The notes under the pieces: generated by a model
What the model was told of the DNA's origin: nothing
What the model saw: the letters and a program-made list of their open reading frames with translations, nothing else
Database searches by the model: none
Source: Solirubrobacterales bacterium
Lineage (GTDB): Bacteria; Actinomycetota; Thermoleophilia; Solirubrobacterales; 70-9
Assembly: GCA_035705945.1 (NCBI GenBank)
Contig: DASSVR010000025.1
Coordinates: forward strand, 11,508-75,507
Length of the DNA stretch: 64,000 bases
Direction: 5' to 3'
Part shown: positions 8,488-18,165 of the stretch, one piece after another
How the letters are laid out: each line of letters starts with the position of its first letter
Position numbering within the stretch: position 1 is the first letter of the stretch
Program-made: the position numbers and the translations under genes

Positions 8488-9363
8488 ATGCTGCCGGCCG
8501 TGCGTTTGATCGACGTGATGCATCTGGGGCGGCCGCATGTGATCGGCTGCTGGGAGGTGGATGGGGTCCTGGTCGATCCTGGGCCCGAGCCTTCCCTCTC
8601 GACGGTGCTGGAGGCGCTGGGCGACGAGCGGCCGCGGGCTGTGCTCTTGACCCACATCCACCTCGACCACGCCGCGGCGACCGGCGCCATGGTGCGGAAG
8701 TGGCCTGGGCTCGAGGTCTACGTCCACGAGCGCGGCGCTCCGCACCTGATCGACCCCTCGAAGCTGCTGGCGAGCGCGGAGCGGCTCTACGGAGACAAGC
8801 TCGGCTACCTCTGGGGGGAGATCGTGCCGGTGCCCGAGGAGAACGTCCGCACTTTGAGCGGCGGCGAGACCGTGTTGGGGATGCGCGTCGCCTACACCCC
8901 CGGCCACGCCTCCCACCACGTCTGCTACCTGCACGAGGAGAGCGGCACCGCCTTCGTCGGCGACGTCGCCGCCTGCCGGATCCCGCCCTCGGGCCTCGTG
9001 GTTCCCCCCACTCCCCCGCCCGACATCGACATCGAGACCTGGGAGGAATCCTTGGACCTGGTCGCTGCCTGGGAGCCGGAGCGATTGGCGCTGACCCACT
9101 TCGGAGCCATCGAGGGCGACGTCCCAGGTCATATCGCCCAGGTGCGGGCGAAACTGCGCGAAGAGGCCGAGCTAGCCCAGCGGATGGAGAAAGACGCCTA
9201 CAACGAAGGTCTGGAGCGCCGTATCCGCGCCCATCTCGCCGACGAAGGAATCGAGGGCGACACCGTCGAGGAGCTGCTGCAGGCCGTGCCTACCGCCTAC
9301 CAGTGGGGCGGCCTCGATCGCTACTGGCGGAAGAGGGCGGAGCGCGCGGCCGCTGGTGCTTGA
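8488..9363 (+). CDS. MBL-fold metallo-hydrolase
   Basis: ORF 8125..9363 trimmed to the ATG at 8488 (MLPAVRLIDVMHLGRPHVIGCWEV). The HxHxDH motif is LLTHIHLDHAAATG. Confidence 0.8.
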   Translation: MLPAVRLIDVMHLGRPHVIGCWEVDGVLVDPGPEPSLSTVLEALGDERPRAVLLTHIHLDHAAATGAMVRKWPGLEVYVHERGAPHLIDPSKLLASAERLYGDKLGYLWGEIVPVPEENVRTLSGGETVLGMRVAYTPGHASHHVCYLHEESGTAFVGDVAACRIPPSGLVVPPTPPPDIDIETWEESLDLVAAWEPERLALTHFGAIEGDVPGHIAQVRAKLREEAELAQRMEKDAYNEGLERRIRAHLADEGIEGDTVEELLQAVPTAYQWGGLDRYWRKRAERAAAGA

Positions 9364-9419
9364 GGAACCGCTGCGCGGGTAGGGGTCGGACGATCGTCTG
9401 ACGACAGGGGAGGTCCCTC

Positions 9420-10262
9420 ATGAGCACCCGTCCTGGTTACGCATCGCGCGGCTGCGCTTGCCTGGCCGCTTTGGCCCTAGCCGCAGCGGTGGTTTCGTGC
9501 GGAGGCGGCGACGACCCGCAGGAACTCGACTACACCGCCGAAGCGGCGGGCAAAGCCGTAAGGATCGCGGCACCCGAGCAGGCCGAGGCGGGGCTTGCGG
9601 AGATCACCTTTAACAACGACAGCGATTCCGAAGCCGACCTGCAGCTGATCCGGGTCGAGGGCGATCGCACCCCGGAGGAAGTGGTCAAAGGCCTCGGAGA
9701 AGCGATTCGGGGCAAAGCCTTCCCTGACTGGCTCTTCGCCGCCGGTGGAGTCGGCTCTTTGGGCCCGGGCGAGACCGCCACGGTGGAGCAGGTGCTGCAG
9801 CCTGGCGACTACTACGCCTTCAACACCGAAGGCGGCCCGCCGGCAGCGAAATCGGCTGCAACGACCGAAGTGACCGGCGAGAAGTCCGACACGGAGATTG
9901 GGGAAGGCGATGGCGCCGTCGAGGCCGCCGAGTACGTCTTCAACGCCGACACCCTCCCCTCCGGTGAAGTCGAGATCGCTTTCGACAACATCGGCGTCCA
10001 GCCCCACCACCTGATCGCCTCGAAGATCAAAGGCGATGGCACCGTCGAGGAAGTCGAAGCGGCCTTCAAGGAAGAAAAAGGCCCGCCGCCGCTGATTGAA
10101 AAAGGCACGCAGGCGACCGCGGTCCTCGAAGGCGGCGAAGGCCAGTTGGTCACGCTAGATCTCGAGCCCGGCCGCTACGCCCTCTACTGCTTCATCACTG
10201 ATCGCCAGGGCGGCCCCCCGCACGCGCTGAAAGGGATGGTCGACGAAGTCGAGGTGGAGTAG
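9420..10262 (+). CDS. Lipoprotein with two cupredoxin-like halves
   Basis: The RBS is GGGGAGG. The signal plus lipobox is ALAAAVVSC-GGG. The second half carries candidate type-1 Cu ligands (PHH ... YALYCFITDRQGGPPHALKGM). Confidence 0.55.
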   Translation: MSTRPGYASRGCACLAALALAAAVVSCGGGDDPQELDYTAEAAGKAVRIAAPEQAEAGLAEITFNNDSDSEADLQLIRVEGDRTPEEVVKGLGEAIRGKAFPDWLFAAGGVGSLGPGETATVEQVLQPGDYYAFNTEGGPPAAKSAATTEVTGEKSDTEIGEGDGAVEAAEYVFNADTLPSGEVEIAFDNIGVQPHHLIASKIKGDGTVEEVEAAFKEEKGPPPLIEKGTQATAVLEGGEGQLVTLDLEPGRYALYCFITDRQGGPPHALKGMVDEVEVE

Positions 10263-10265
10263 ACC

Positions 10266-11435
10266 TCAGGCGAGGTGCTCGCGCATGCGCTCGACGGCCT
10301 CTTCGATGCGGTCGTCGGGCGCAGTCAGGGCGATGCGGAAGAAGCCCTCGCCGCTCGGCCCGTACATCGAGCCAGGCGAGATGACGACAGCTGCCTCCTC
10401 GAGGACGAGCTCGCAGAAGGAAGTCGAGGTGTGACCCTCGGGGACGGGAGCCCAGACGTAGATCGTGCCTTTCGGCGTCGCCACCTCGACGCCGATCTCG
10501 CGCAGGGCGGAGACGACGCGGTCGCGACGGCGGGCGTAGGTCTGGTTCATCCGCTCAAGCGGACCGCCTGGGCCCTCGAGAGCGGCGACGCCCGCCATCT
10601 GGATCGCCTCGAAAAGCCCGGAGTCGACGTTGGTCTTGAGGCGCCAGTAGGTCTGGATCGCTTCGGCGTTGCCGAGGATCGCCGCGCAGCGCCAGCCAGT
10701 CATGTTGTAGCCCTTGGAGAGGGAGAAGACCTCGACGCCAACCTCCTTCGCCCCTGGGGTGGCGAGGAAGCTCGGAGCGACGTAGCCGTCGTAGGTGGTC
10801 TCCGAGTAGGCGTTGTCGTGGACGACGAGGATTTCGTGCTCGCGGGCGAAGGAGACGACCATCTCGAAGAACCCGTCCGGGACGATCGCGCCGGTCGGGT
10901 TGTTCGGGTAGTTGACGAACATCAGCCGCGCCTTCGCGGCGACGTCGGCCGGGACGGCGCTGAGGTCGGGGGCGAAACCGAGTTCGGGGACGAGCGGCAG
11001 CAGCTCGGCCCTGGCGCCGGCGAGGATCGGGCCGCCGGTGTAGACGGGGTAGCCGGGATCGGAGGCGAGGGCGACGTCACCAGGGTCGAGGAAGGCGAAG
11101 CAGAGGTTGTAGATGCACTCCTTGGCGCCGATCGCCGGGATCACCTCGGACTTGGCGTCGATCTCGACCCCGAAACGGCGCCCGTAGAACTCGGCGAACG
11201 CCTGTCGGAACTCGTCGCGGCCGCGGTTGCTCGGGTACTGGTGGTAGGCCGAGTCGGCGACCGCCGCCTGCATCGCCTTGACCACGTGCGGATAGGTCGG
11301 TTCGTCGGGGTCGCCGATCCCGAGGCTGATCACGTCGATCCCGGCGGCGCGCTTGTCGGCGATTTGCTGCTCGAGTTCCTGGAACTTGTACGGCGGAATG
11401 GCCTCGAGGCGCTTGGATGGGGCGGCGATACCCAT
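10266..11435 (-). CDS. dapL: LL-diaminopimelate aminotransferase (class I/II aminotransferase)
   Basis: The N-terminus is KRLEAIPPYKFQELEQQIADKRAAGIDVISLGIGDPDEPT and the PLP-lysine motif is SLSKGYNMTGWR. The gene is adjacent to dapF. Confidence 0.7.
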   Translation of the reverse strand: MGIAAPSKRLEAIPPYKFQELEQQIADKRAAGIDVISLGIGDPDEPTYPHVVKAMQAAVADSAYHQYPSNRGRDEFRQAFAEFYGRRFGVEIDAKSEVIPAIGAKECIYNLCFAFLDPGDVALASDPGYPVYTGGPILAGARAELLPLVPELGFAPDLSAVPADVAAKARLMFVNYPNNPTGAIVPDGFFEMVVSFAREHEILVVHDNAYSETTYDGYVAPSFLATPGAKEVGVEVFSLSKGYNMTGWRCAAILGNAEAIQTYWRLKTNVDSGLFEAIQMAGVAALEGPGGPLERMNQTYARRRDRVVSALREIGVEVATPKGTIYVWAPVPEGHTSTSFCELVLEEAAVVISPGSMYGPSGEGFFRIALTAPDDRIEEAVERMREHLA

Positions 11436-11464
11436 GGGCGCGGGAATCTATGCGATGGCGGCCG

Positions 11465-12313
11465 CTACTCGCCGTCCAGCTCGGTGAGCGCCTGAACCAG
11501 CTCCGGCGAGAGCTCACCGCGGAAGACCGGCTCCGCCCAGCCGTCGAGCCGCACCCCCAGGTCCTCGGAGATCTCGACCTGCAGCTCCCCCCCTTCGAGC
11601 TCGACGACGATCGGGCTGGGGGCGCCGCGCAGGTAGGCGGTTACGGCGGCGCCGCTGGCGCCGGTGCCGGAGGAGAGCGTCTCCCCCACCCCGCGCTCGA
11701 AGATCCGCGCCCGCACCCGGCTGCCGTCGATCGCCAGGAAGGAGACGTTGGTCCGGTTCGGGAAGAGCTGGTGGCCTTCGATGCCGGGGCCGATCTCGCC
11801 GAGGTCGAGCTCATCGAGCTCCTCGCCGACGACGATCGCGCACTGCGGGTTGCCGATCGAGACGTGCTGGAACTCCCACTCACGTCCGGCGGCCTCGAGC
11901 GTGCCGCGGCCGTCCTCGCCGCCGGAGGGAAAGTCTTTCGAGCTCGTCGAGGCCCGCCCCATGTCGACCGAGCAGGTCAGCTCGCCGGTGATCGTCGGCC
12001 GGATCGGCCCGGCGACGGTGCCGATCGCGAACTCGTCCTCCTCCGTCCAGCCGTTCCGCCGCAGGAAGAGGATCGCCTCGCGGGCTCCGTTGCCGGAGAG
12101 CTCTGCCTCGGAGCCGTCCGGGTTGAAGATCCGCAGCTCCGCGACCAGCTCCGGGTCCTCGCTGCGGGAGAGCAGCAGGATCCCGTCGGAGCCGACCCCG
12201 AAGTGCTGGTCGCAGAGCCACTCGACTCGAGTCGGCGTCAACTCCCATGGCAGGAGCTCAGACTCGATGATCAGGTAGTCGTTGCCGAGGGCCTGCCACT
12301 TCTCGAATTTCAC
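11465..12313 (-). CDS. dapF: Diaminopimelate epimerase family protein with both catalytic Cys positions occupied by Ser
   Basis: MKFEKWQALGNDYLII, IFNPDGSEAELSGNGAR and FERGVGETLSSGTGA align residue-for-residue with the DapF signatures, except for Cys->Ser at both active-site positions. Confidence 0.8.
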   Translation of the reverse strand: MKFEKWQALGNDYLIIESELLPWELTPTRVEWLCDQHFGVGSDGILLLSRSEDPELVAELRIFNPDGSEAELSGNGAREAILFLRRNGWTEEDEFAIGTVAGPIRPTITGELTCSVDMGRASTSSKDFPSGGEDGRGTLEAAGREWEFQHVSIGNPQCAIVVGEELDELDLGEIGPGIEGHQLFPNRTNVSFLAIDGSRVRARIFERGVGETLSSGTGASGAAVTAYLRGAPSPIVVELEGGELQVEISEDLGVRLDGWAEPVFRGELSPELVQALTELDGE

Positions 12314-13047
12314 GGGCCGGACCCTATCCCGATGAGCAACCGCTCGGCGACCTCTTCGTCGGTGAGGTCAGCGCGGTCGATCAGACGGAGGTTCGGGAGC
12401 TTGCGCATCCAGGTCAGCTGGCGGCGGGCGTAGTTGCGGGAGCGCTTCTTCATCGTCTCCAGGTCGCCGGCGAGGAGCTCGTCGAAGCCGAGGGCTTTGC
12501 GGGCGGTGCGGCCGGGGCCGAGGGCGTCGGCACGGCGGGCCTCCTCGGCGGCGCCGGCGGCGACGATCGCCTCGACCCGGGCGTCGATCCGCTCGTAAAG
12601 CTGCTCGCGGTCCATGTCTAGGCCGAAGATCGTGGTCGGGTGCCGGGTCTCGGGCGACCAGAGCTCGGAATCCTCGGTTTCGGGGGGAACCTTGTTCAGC
12701 GACAGCTCGGCCAGCGCCGCGCGCAAGTAGAGCCCGGTCCCGCCGACGACGATCGGCCTCCTCCCCGCTGCCAGCGCCGCGTCGATCTCGCGGTGGGCGA
12801 GCGGCATGTAGTCGCCGACCGAGAAATCCTCGGTGACCGGCACAAACCCCAGCAGCCGATGCTCGAGGCGTTCCTGCTCCTCCGCGGTAGCGGCGCCCGT
12901 CAGTGCCTCCAGCCCCTCGTACACCTGGAGCGCGTCGCAGTTGATCGCGATCGGGTCCTGCCCCCGCTTCCGCAGCAGCTCCGCCAGCGCGATCGCCACC
13001 CCGGTCTTGCCGACCCCGGTCGGGCCGAAGATGGCGATTACGTTCAA
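12310..13047 (-). CDS. miaA: tRNA dimethylallyltransferase (short form)
   Basis: The P-loop is IFGPTGVGKTG and GGTGLYLRA is present. There is a 4-nt overlap with both neighbours. Confidence 0.85.
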   Translation of the reverse strand: MNVIAIFGPTGVGKTGVAIALAELLRKRGQDPIAINCDALQVYEGLEALTGAATAEEQERLEHRLLGFVPVTEDFSVGDYMPLAHREIDAALAAGRRPIVVGGTGLYLRAALAELSLNKVPPETEDSELWSPETRHPTTIFGLDMDREQLYERIDARVEAIVAAGAAEEARRADALGPGRTARKALGFDELLAGDLETMKKRSRNYARRQLTWMRKLPNLRLIDRADLTDEEVAERLLIGIGSGP

Positions 13048-14369
13048 AGAAGTGGGGTGAGGGGGCGCGTCAGGACCCCGCTCAGCGTCTGCGAAGTCGC
13101 CGCTTCGATCTCGACGGGGACGACCTCGCCCGCCTCCGCGATCCCGTCGAAGTTGACCGCCTTGCCGTGGCGGGTGCGCCCGCGCAACCTAGTCTCGTCG
13201 GTGCGGCTGGTGCCTTCGACGAGTACGTCGAGCGTCCGCCCGACGAAGCGCTGGGCACGCTCCGCGGCTCGGCGCTGGACGACCTCGACGAGGCGTTCCA
13301 GGCGCTCCACCTTGACCGGATGCGGCAGCTGCCCGTCCATCGTCGCCGCCTCAGTTTCCCGCCGCGGCGAGAAGATGAAAGTGAAGGCGCCGTCGTAGCC
13401 GACCTCCTCGACCACCTCCATGGTCTCCTCGAAATCGGCCTCGGTCTCGCCGGGGAAGCCGACGATGACGTCCGTGGTGATCGCGCAGTCTGGAACGTGC
13501 TCGCGGATCAGCGCCACCCGGTCCAGGTAGCGCCGGCGGTCGTAGGTCCGGCGCATCCGTTTGAGGATGGTGTTGGAGCCCGACTGCAGCGGCAGGTGGA
13601 TCTGCTCGCAGAGGGCCGGCAGCTCGGCGTGCGCGCGGATCACATCCTCCTTCATGTCCTTCGGGTGGGGACTGGTGTAGCGGATGCGCTCGATCCCCTC
13701 GATCGCGTCGACCCGTCGCAGCAGATCCGCGAAACCGATTCGCTTCTCCAACGACAGGTCGCGTCCGTAGCTGTTGACGTTCTGCCCGAGCAGCGTCACC
13801 TCGCGGACGCCGTCGGCGGCAAGAGCCTCCGCCTCGGCGATCAGCTCGTCGGGGTCCCGGCTCACCTCGCGACCGCGGGTTGAGGGGACGATGCAGTAGG
13901 AGCAGACGCAGTTGCAGCCCTGGGAGACCTGCAGCCAGCCCTGGAACTCGCGCTCGCGGCGGGTCGGCAGGTGGCCGGAGAAGTCCTCGAACTCGAAATA
14001 GCCCTGGGCGGTGATCGAATCGGAATTGAGGAACTCGGCCAGCTTGTGGATCTGCCCCGGCCCGAAGGCGACGTCGACGAAGGGGAAGCGCTGGAAGACC
14101 TCCTCCTTGACCGATTGCGCCCAGCAGCCGCCGACGCCGACGACCCGCGCTGGGTCTTCTGACTTAAGCCTCTTCGCTTGCCCGAGGTGGGCGATGAACC
14201 GGCTGTCCGCCGACTCGCGGATCGAGCAGGTGTTGAAGAGGATCAGGTCAGCTTCGTCGCGCTCTGCTGCCTCCTCGTAGCCGAGCGAGGCCAGCATCCC
14301 CCGCATCCGCTCGGAGTCGTGCACGTTCATCTGACACCCGAAGGTGGTGACGTGGAACTTCTGCGCCAT
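13044..14369 (-). CDS. miaB: tRNA-2-methylthio-N6-dimethylallyladenosine synthase (radical SAM methylthiotransferase)
   Basis: The N-terminus is FHVTTFGCQMNVHDSE, the radical-SAM motif is GCNCVCSYCIVP, and there is a C-terminal TRAM-like region. Confidence 0.9.
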   Translation of the reverse strand: MAQKFHVTTFGCQMNVHDSERMRGMLASLGYEEAAERDEADLILFNTCSIRESADSRFIAHLGQAKRLKSEDPARVVGVGGCWAQSVKEEVFQRFPFVDVAFGPGQIHKLAEFLNSDSITAQGYFEFEDFSGHLPTRREREFQGWLQVSQGCNCVCSYCIVPSTRGREVSRDPDELIAEAEALAADGVREVTLLGQNVNSYGRDLSLEKRIGFADLLRRVDAIEGIERIRYTSPHPKDMKEDVIRAHAELPALCEQIHLPLQSGSNTILKRMRRTYDRRRYLDRVALIREHVPDCAITTDVIVGFPGETEADFEETMEVVEEVGYDGAFTFIFSPRRETEAATMDGQLPHPVKVERLERLVEVVQRRAAERAQRFVGRTLDVLVEGTSRTDETRLRGRTRHGKAVNFDGIAEAGEVVPVEIEAATSQTLSGVLTRPLTPLL

Positions 14370-14480
14370 CAGACGCAGAGTAGCGGCGTGCAGACCAAGC
14401 AGGTCGGTGGACGCAGGGAGCGTGGCGTGCTCCGCACGCGAGCGACCGAGGACGCCGAGATGCGCAGTGTCTGCGCGTCG

Positions 14481-15065
14481 CTACTCGACGGTGAGCGTGC
14501 CTTCCATGCCCGCTTGGGCATGCCCCGGGACGGTGCAGAGGAAGGTGTAGGTGCCGGCCTCCAGCTCGGCGGAGACCGACTCACTGCTTTCGCTGATCAC
14601 CGCCGTGCCGGCGATTTCCTCACCGTCTTTCTCGATCACCGCGTTGTGCGGGATCGCGGACGGGTTGTCGAAGTCGATCGTGACTTTGCCTGGCTTCGCA
14701 CTCAGCTCGGTCGTGTCGAAGGCGATTGCCGCCGGGTCGGCGGCGAGCTGCAGGGTCGTGGCGCCTTCTTCGGCCTCCTCGGGTTCGCCGCCGGGGGCTC
14801 CCCCTTCTTCTTCGTGAGGCTGTTCCTCGGCCTCTTCGATGTGTTCACCGGCCTCGTGGAGCTCGGCGGCGTGCGCCTCCTCGTGTTCCTTCGCCTGGAG
14901 GACCGAGTAGGTGGTGGCGCCGCCGACCAGGACGACGAACCAGAGGACGATCACGGGGAATGCCCGCCCCGGGAAGTTCTTCAGCTTCAGGCCGGCGAAG
15001 GTGAGGACCACGGCCGAGACGGCCAGGGCGATCCCGAGGATGTAGAAGACAGTCTCGTCGCTCAT
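14481..15065 (-). CDS. Membrane-anchored cupredoxin (plastocyanin/azurin-like)
   Basis: There are two N-terminal TM helices and an acidic linker. The C-terminal Cu site is PHNAV ... FLCTVPGHAQAGMEG. Confidence 0.75.
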   Translation of the reverse strand: MSDETVFYILGIALAVSAVVLTFAGLKLKNFPGRAFPVIVLWFVVLVGGATTYSVLQAKEHEEAHAAELHEAGEHIEEAEEQPHEEEGGAPGGEPEEAEEGATTLQLAADPAAIAFDTTELSAKPGKVTIDFDNPSAIPHNAVIEKDGEEIAGTAVISESSESVSAELEAGTYTFLCTVPGHAQAGMEGTLTVE

Positions 15066-15122
15066 GCAGAGGCCGTGATCCTATAGAGGTCCCGGCGCGA
15101 CCCGCGTCGAGAGAAGGGGGCT

Positions 15123-16217
15123 CTACGCCGCCTTCGCCTCGGCCGCCGGCGCGGCGCTCTCAGGCTCGGCGGCAGGCGCCGCGGGAGCCTCGCCGTCGAT
15201 CCCCAAGGCGGCCCTGACCCTGGTTTCTATCTCCAGGGCCAACTCCGGGTTGTCGACCAGGAACTGTTTGGCGTTGTTGCGCCCCTGGCCGAGACGGGTC
15301 TCACCATAGGAGAAGAAGGAGCCGGATTTCTGGACAAGGTCCTGCTCCATCCCAAAGTCGAGCAGCCCGCCCTCGCGGGAGATCCCGACCCCGTACTCGA
15401 TGTCGAACTCGGCCTGGCGGAAGGGCGCGGCGACCTTGTTCTTGACCACTTTGACCCTGACCCGGTTGCCGACCGCCTCGGTGCCTTCCTTCAGGGTCTC
15501 GATCCGGCGGATGTCGAGCCGCTGCGAGGAGTAGAACTTCAGCGCCCGCCCGCCCGGCTGGGTCTCCGGCGAGCCGAACTGGACGCCGACTTTTTCGCGG
15601 ATCTGGTTGGTGAACAGGCAGACCGTCTTCGTCCGGTTCAGGCTCCCGGCCAGTTTCCGCAGCGCCTGCGACATCAGCCGCGCCTGCAGGCCGACGGTGG
15701 TGTCGCCGATCTGGCCGTCGAGCTCTGCTTTCGGCGTCAGCGCTGCGACCGAGTCGATCGCGACCACGTCGACCGCCGCCGAGGCGATCAGCCGGTCGGC
15801 GATCTGCAGCGCCTGCTCGCCGTAGTCGGGCTGGGAGACGAGCAACTCGTCGGTGTCGACGCCTATCGCCCGCGCGTACACGGGGTCGATCGCGTGCTCG
15901 GTGTCGATGAAGGCGCAGACGCCGCCCAGCGCCTGGGCCTGGGCGATGATGTGGTTGATCAGCGTCGTCTTGCCCGAGGACTCGGGGCCGAAGATCTCGA
16001 CGATGCGCCCGCGCGGCACGCCGCCGATCCCCAGGGCCAGGTCGAGCGCCAAGGCACCGGTCGGGATCGCGTCGACCTTGACCGTCCCTTTGTCGCCGAG
16101 GCGCATCAGGGATCCCTGGCCGAAGTCGCGCTCGATCTGCGTCACCGCGGCCTCGAGAGCCGCGTCCTTCGCCTTCGCCTCTTTCGCCGAGGCCTCTTTC
16201 AAGTTCACTTTCGACAT
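15123..16217 (-). CDS. recA: Recombinase RecA
   Basis: ORF trimmed to [10 protein letters not shown]. Walker A is GPESSGKTT, and [15 protein letters not shown] is present. Confidence 0.95.
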   Translation of the reverse strand: MSKVNLKEASAKEAKAKDAALEAAVTQIERDFGQGSLMRLGDKGTVKVDAIPTGALALDLALGIGGVPRGRIVEIFGPESSGKTTLINHIIAQAQALGGVCAFIDTEHAIDPVYARAIGVDTDELLVSQPDYGEQALQIADRLIASAAVDVVAIDSVAALTPKAELDGQIGDTTVGLQARLMSQALRKLAGSLNRTKTVCLFTNQIREKVGVQFGSPETQPGGRALKFYSSQRLDIRRIETLKEGTEAVGNRVRVKVVKNKVAAPFRQAEFDIEYGVGISREGGLLDFGMEQDLVQKSGSFFSYGETRLGQGRNNAKQFLVDNPELALEIETRVRAALGIDGEAPAAPAAEPESAAPAAEAKAA

Positions 16218-16227
16218 CTCGATCACC

Positions 16228-16866
16228 TCACTGCCGCCCTGCTCCGGGCAGCTCGACTTGGGCCAGGGGTACGTACTGCGCACCCGTCGGCTTGAGTTCA
16301 GAACGGTAAAGCGTCATCCGGCGGCAAATCCGTGCCTCCGAGAGGGTCTCCGGCAGCTTCCCCGGAGGCTCGCCGACGACCGCCGGCCGCCTCGATCCAC
16401 GGGCCTCGGAGCGAATCCGAGCCACCGTCACATGCGGCCAGAACGGCCGCTTCTCCGGCTCGTAGAAGCCCTCCTCGGCAAGGCGCCGCCCAACCCCCGC
16501 CTGCAGGGCCTCCGTCCCGGGCGACAGCGCCGGCAAGGCGTAAATCCGCGCCCTGCCCCGCGGCGGCCTCTGCACCGGGTCGAGCAGCTCGACCCAGGGC
16601 GCCGGGCCGGCGAATCCACGCACCGCCTCGGCGATCCGGCCGATCTCCTTCTCCGGCCGGTAGCCGAGGAAGGCGAGGGTGATGTGGAGCGACTCCGGCG
16701 CCACCGGGCGCAAGGCGGGATCGGCCAGCGCCTCCCGCCCCCACGCCACGATCCCCTCCCGCACCTCGTCGGGAAGATCGAGCGCTACGAACAGGCGCGC
16801 CCGCGGGCTTTTCAGTCGCTCCTTTGCCACGGCCGCCACGCTACGGGGCCGGAACGCGCGAAACAA
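16228..16866 (-). CDS. thpR: RNA 2',3'-cyclic phosphodiesterase (2H phosphoesterase, LigT/ThpR)
   Basis: There are two HxT motifs ([10 protein letters not shown] and PHVTVARI). The start is uncertain, because TTG at 16866 is only the ORF maximum. Confidence 0.75.
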   Translation of the reverse strand: MFRAFRPRSVAAVAKERLKSPRARLFVALDLPDEVREGIVAWGREALADPALRPVAPESLHITLAFLGYRPEKEIGRIAEAVRGFAGPAPWVELLDPVQRPPRGRARIYALPALSPGTEALQAGVGRRLAEEGFYEPEKRPFWPHVTVARIRSEARGSRRPAVVGEPPGKLPETLSEARICRRMTLYRSELKPTGAQYVPLAQVELPGAGRQ

Positions 16867-16887
16867 CGCGCTAAAGCAACTTTTCCG

Positions 16888-18165
16888 TCAACTCTCTGCA
16901 ACCTCTTCGCCACCGAGCAGCATCCGCAGCAGGTGCATCCCGACCAGCGACGAGCGCTCACGCACGTCTTGCCTTCCCCCGGGGATCACGGGGTCGCGGG
17001 CGATCGCGGTTCCGTCCGCCAGCCGGGCGTTGAAGCAGACGTAGCCGACCGGCTTCTCCTCGCTACCGCCCCCGGGTCCGGCGATGCCGGTGATCGAGAC
17101 CGCGACGTCGGCTGCGAAGCGCTCGATCGCCCCCGCCGCCATCGCCTCCGCCACCTGGGGCGAAACCGCCCCGTGGGCCTCGATCAGCCCCGCGTCCACG
17201 CCGAGCAGCTCCACCTTCGCCTCGTTCGAGTAGGCGACGACGCTCCCCGCCATGTACTCCGAGGCGCCGGGGAGATCGGTGACCCGCGCCGCCATCAGCC
17301 CGCCGCTGCAGGACTCGGCGAGGCCCAGCCGCCGCCCTCGCAGCAGCGCCGCCACCTGCTCGTCGATCGTCTCGCCGTCGAGGCTGAAGGTCTCGCGTGG
17401 GTGCCGTTCGGCCAGCCCCTCCCGCACCGCCGAAGCGACATCCAGGGCCTCGTCCCGGTAGCGGACGTCGATCTCGATCTCGCCGCGGCGCAGGCAGGTG
17501 GTGATCTCGACCGCGCCCAGCTCCACTCCACCTGCCTCCATCTCGCGCAGGCTTTTGGCGATTTCCGACTCGGGCACGCCGAACATCCGCACCGTGTAGC
17601 CCCGCAGCGGCGTCGCCCGGCTCAGCAGCTCCCGCACCGGCTCCGTCTCCAGCGCCCGCGGCCACATCGGCCGCAGCTCGCGCGGCGGGCCGGGCAGGAC
17701 GATCACGGTTTGTCCATCGGCGGGGACAACCAGCCCCGGCGCCGTCCCCACCGGATCGAGCGGAACGGCCCCCTCGGGCACCATCGCCTGCTTGCGGTTC
17801 GCCTCCCGCAGCGCCGCTTCGTCGAGCTTGAACCGCCGCGCGAAGCCGCTCAGGATCTCGGCGATCTTCGCCTCTATCTCCTCGTCGAGTGCCATCTCCC
17901 GGCCGGCGAAGCGCGCCACCACCTCGGCGGTGAGGTCGTCGGCGGTCGGACCCAAGCCTCCGGTGGTGACGATCAGGTCCATCCCCTCGGCGGCCATGAA
18001 GCGCAGGGCGGCATCGAGGTCGCCGGGGCGGTCGGCGACGACGAGGATATGCGCCACCTCGACACCGAGCTCGGCCAGCCTTTCCGACACCCAGGGGCCG
18101 TTGCTGTCGGGTATCCGGCCGGTGATGACCTCGGTCCCGGTGACGACGATGCCGGCCCGGATCAC
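16888..18165 (-). CDS. cinA: Competence/damage-inducible protein CinA (MoCF-binding plus nicotinamide-nucleotide amidase domain)
   Basis: The N-terminus is [20 protein letters not shown], and the C-terminal CinA domain contains ESCSGGL. Confidence 0.9.
   Translation of the reverse strand: MIRAGIVVTGTEVITGRIPDSNGPWVSERLAELGVEVAHILVVADRPGDLDAALRFMAAEGMDLIVTTGGLGPTADDLTAEVVARFAGREMALDEEIEAKIAEILSGFARRFKLDEAALREANRKQAMVPEGAVPLDPVGTAPGLVVPADGQTVIVLPGPPRELRPMWPRALETEPVRELLSRATPLRGYTVRMFGVPESEIAKSLREMEAGGVELGAVEITTCLRRGEIEIDVRYRDEALDVASAVREGLAERHPRETFSLDGETIDEQVAALLRGRRLGLAESCSGGLMAARVTDLPGASEYMAGSVVAYSNEAKVELLGVDAGLIEAHGAVSPQVAEAMAAGAIERFAADVAVSITGIAGPGGGSEEKPVGYVCFNARLADGTAIARDPVIPGGRQDVRERSSLVGMHLLRMLLGGEEVAES

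Noticed and set aside
14370-14480. The 111-nt spacer between the cupredoxin gene and miaB contains a short palindrome (GCGCAG-ACA-CTGCGC on the minus strand).
   Set aside because: It has only a 6-bp stem and no U-tract, and nothing distinguishes it from chance GC-rich palindromes. It is noted as a weak terminator candidate at best.
16296-16304. The palindrome GTTCAGAAC about 80 nt upstream of recA was considered as a possible LexA/SOS box.
   Set aside because: It does not match the GAAC-N4-GTTC (Cheo) or TCGAAC-N4-GTTCGA actinobacterial consensus, because the half-site order and spacing are wrong. It also lies inside the thpR coding sequence. No convincing SOS box was found upstream of recA or the SRAP gene.
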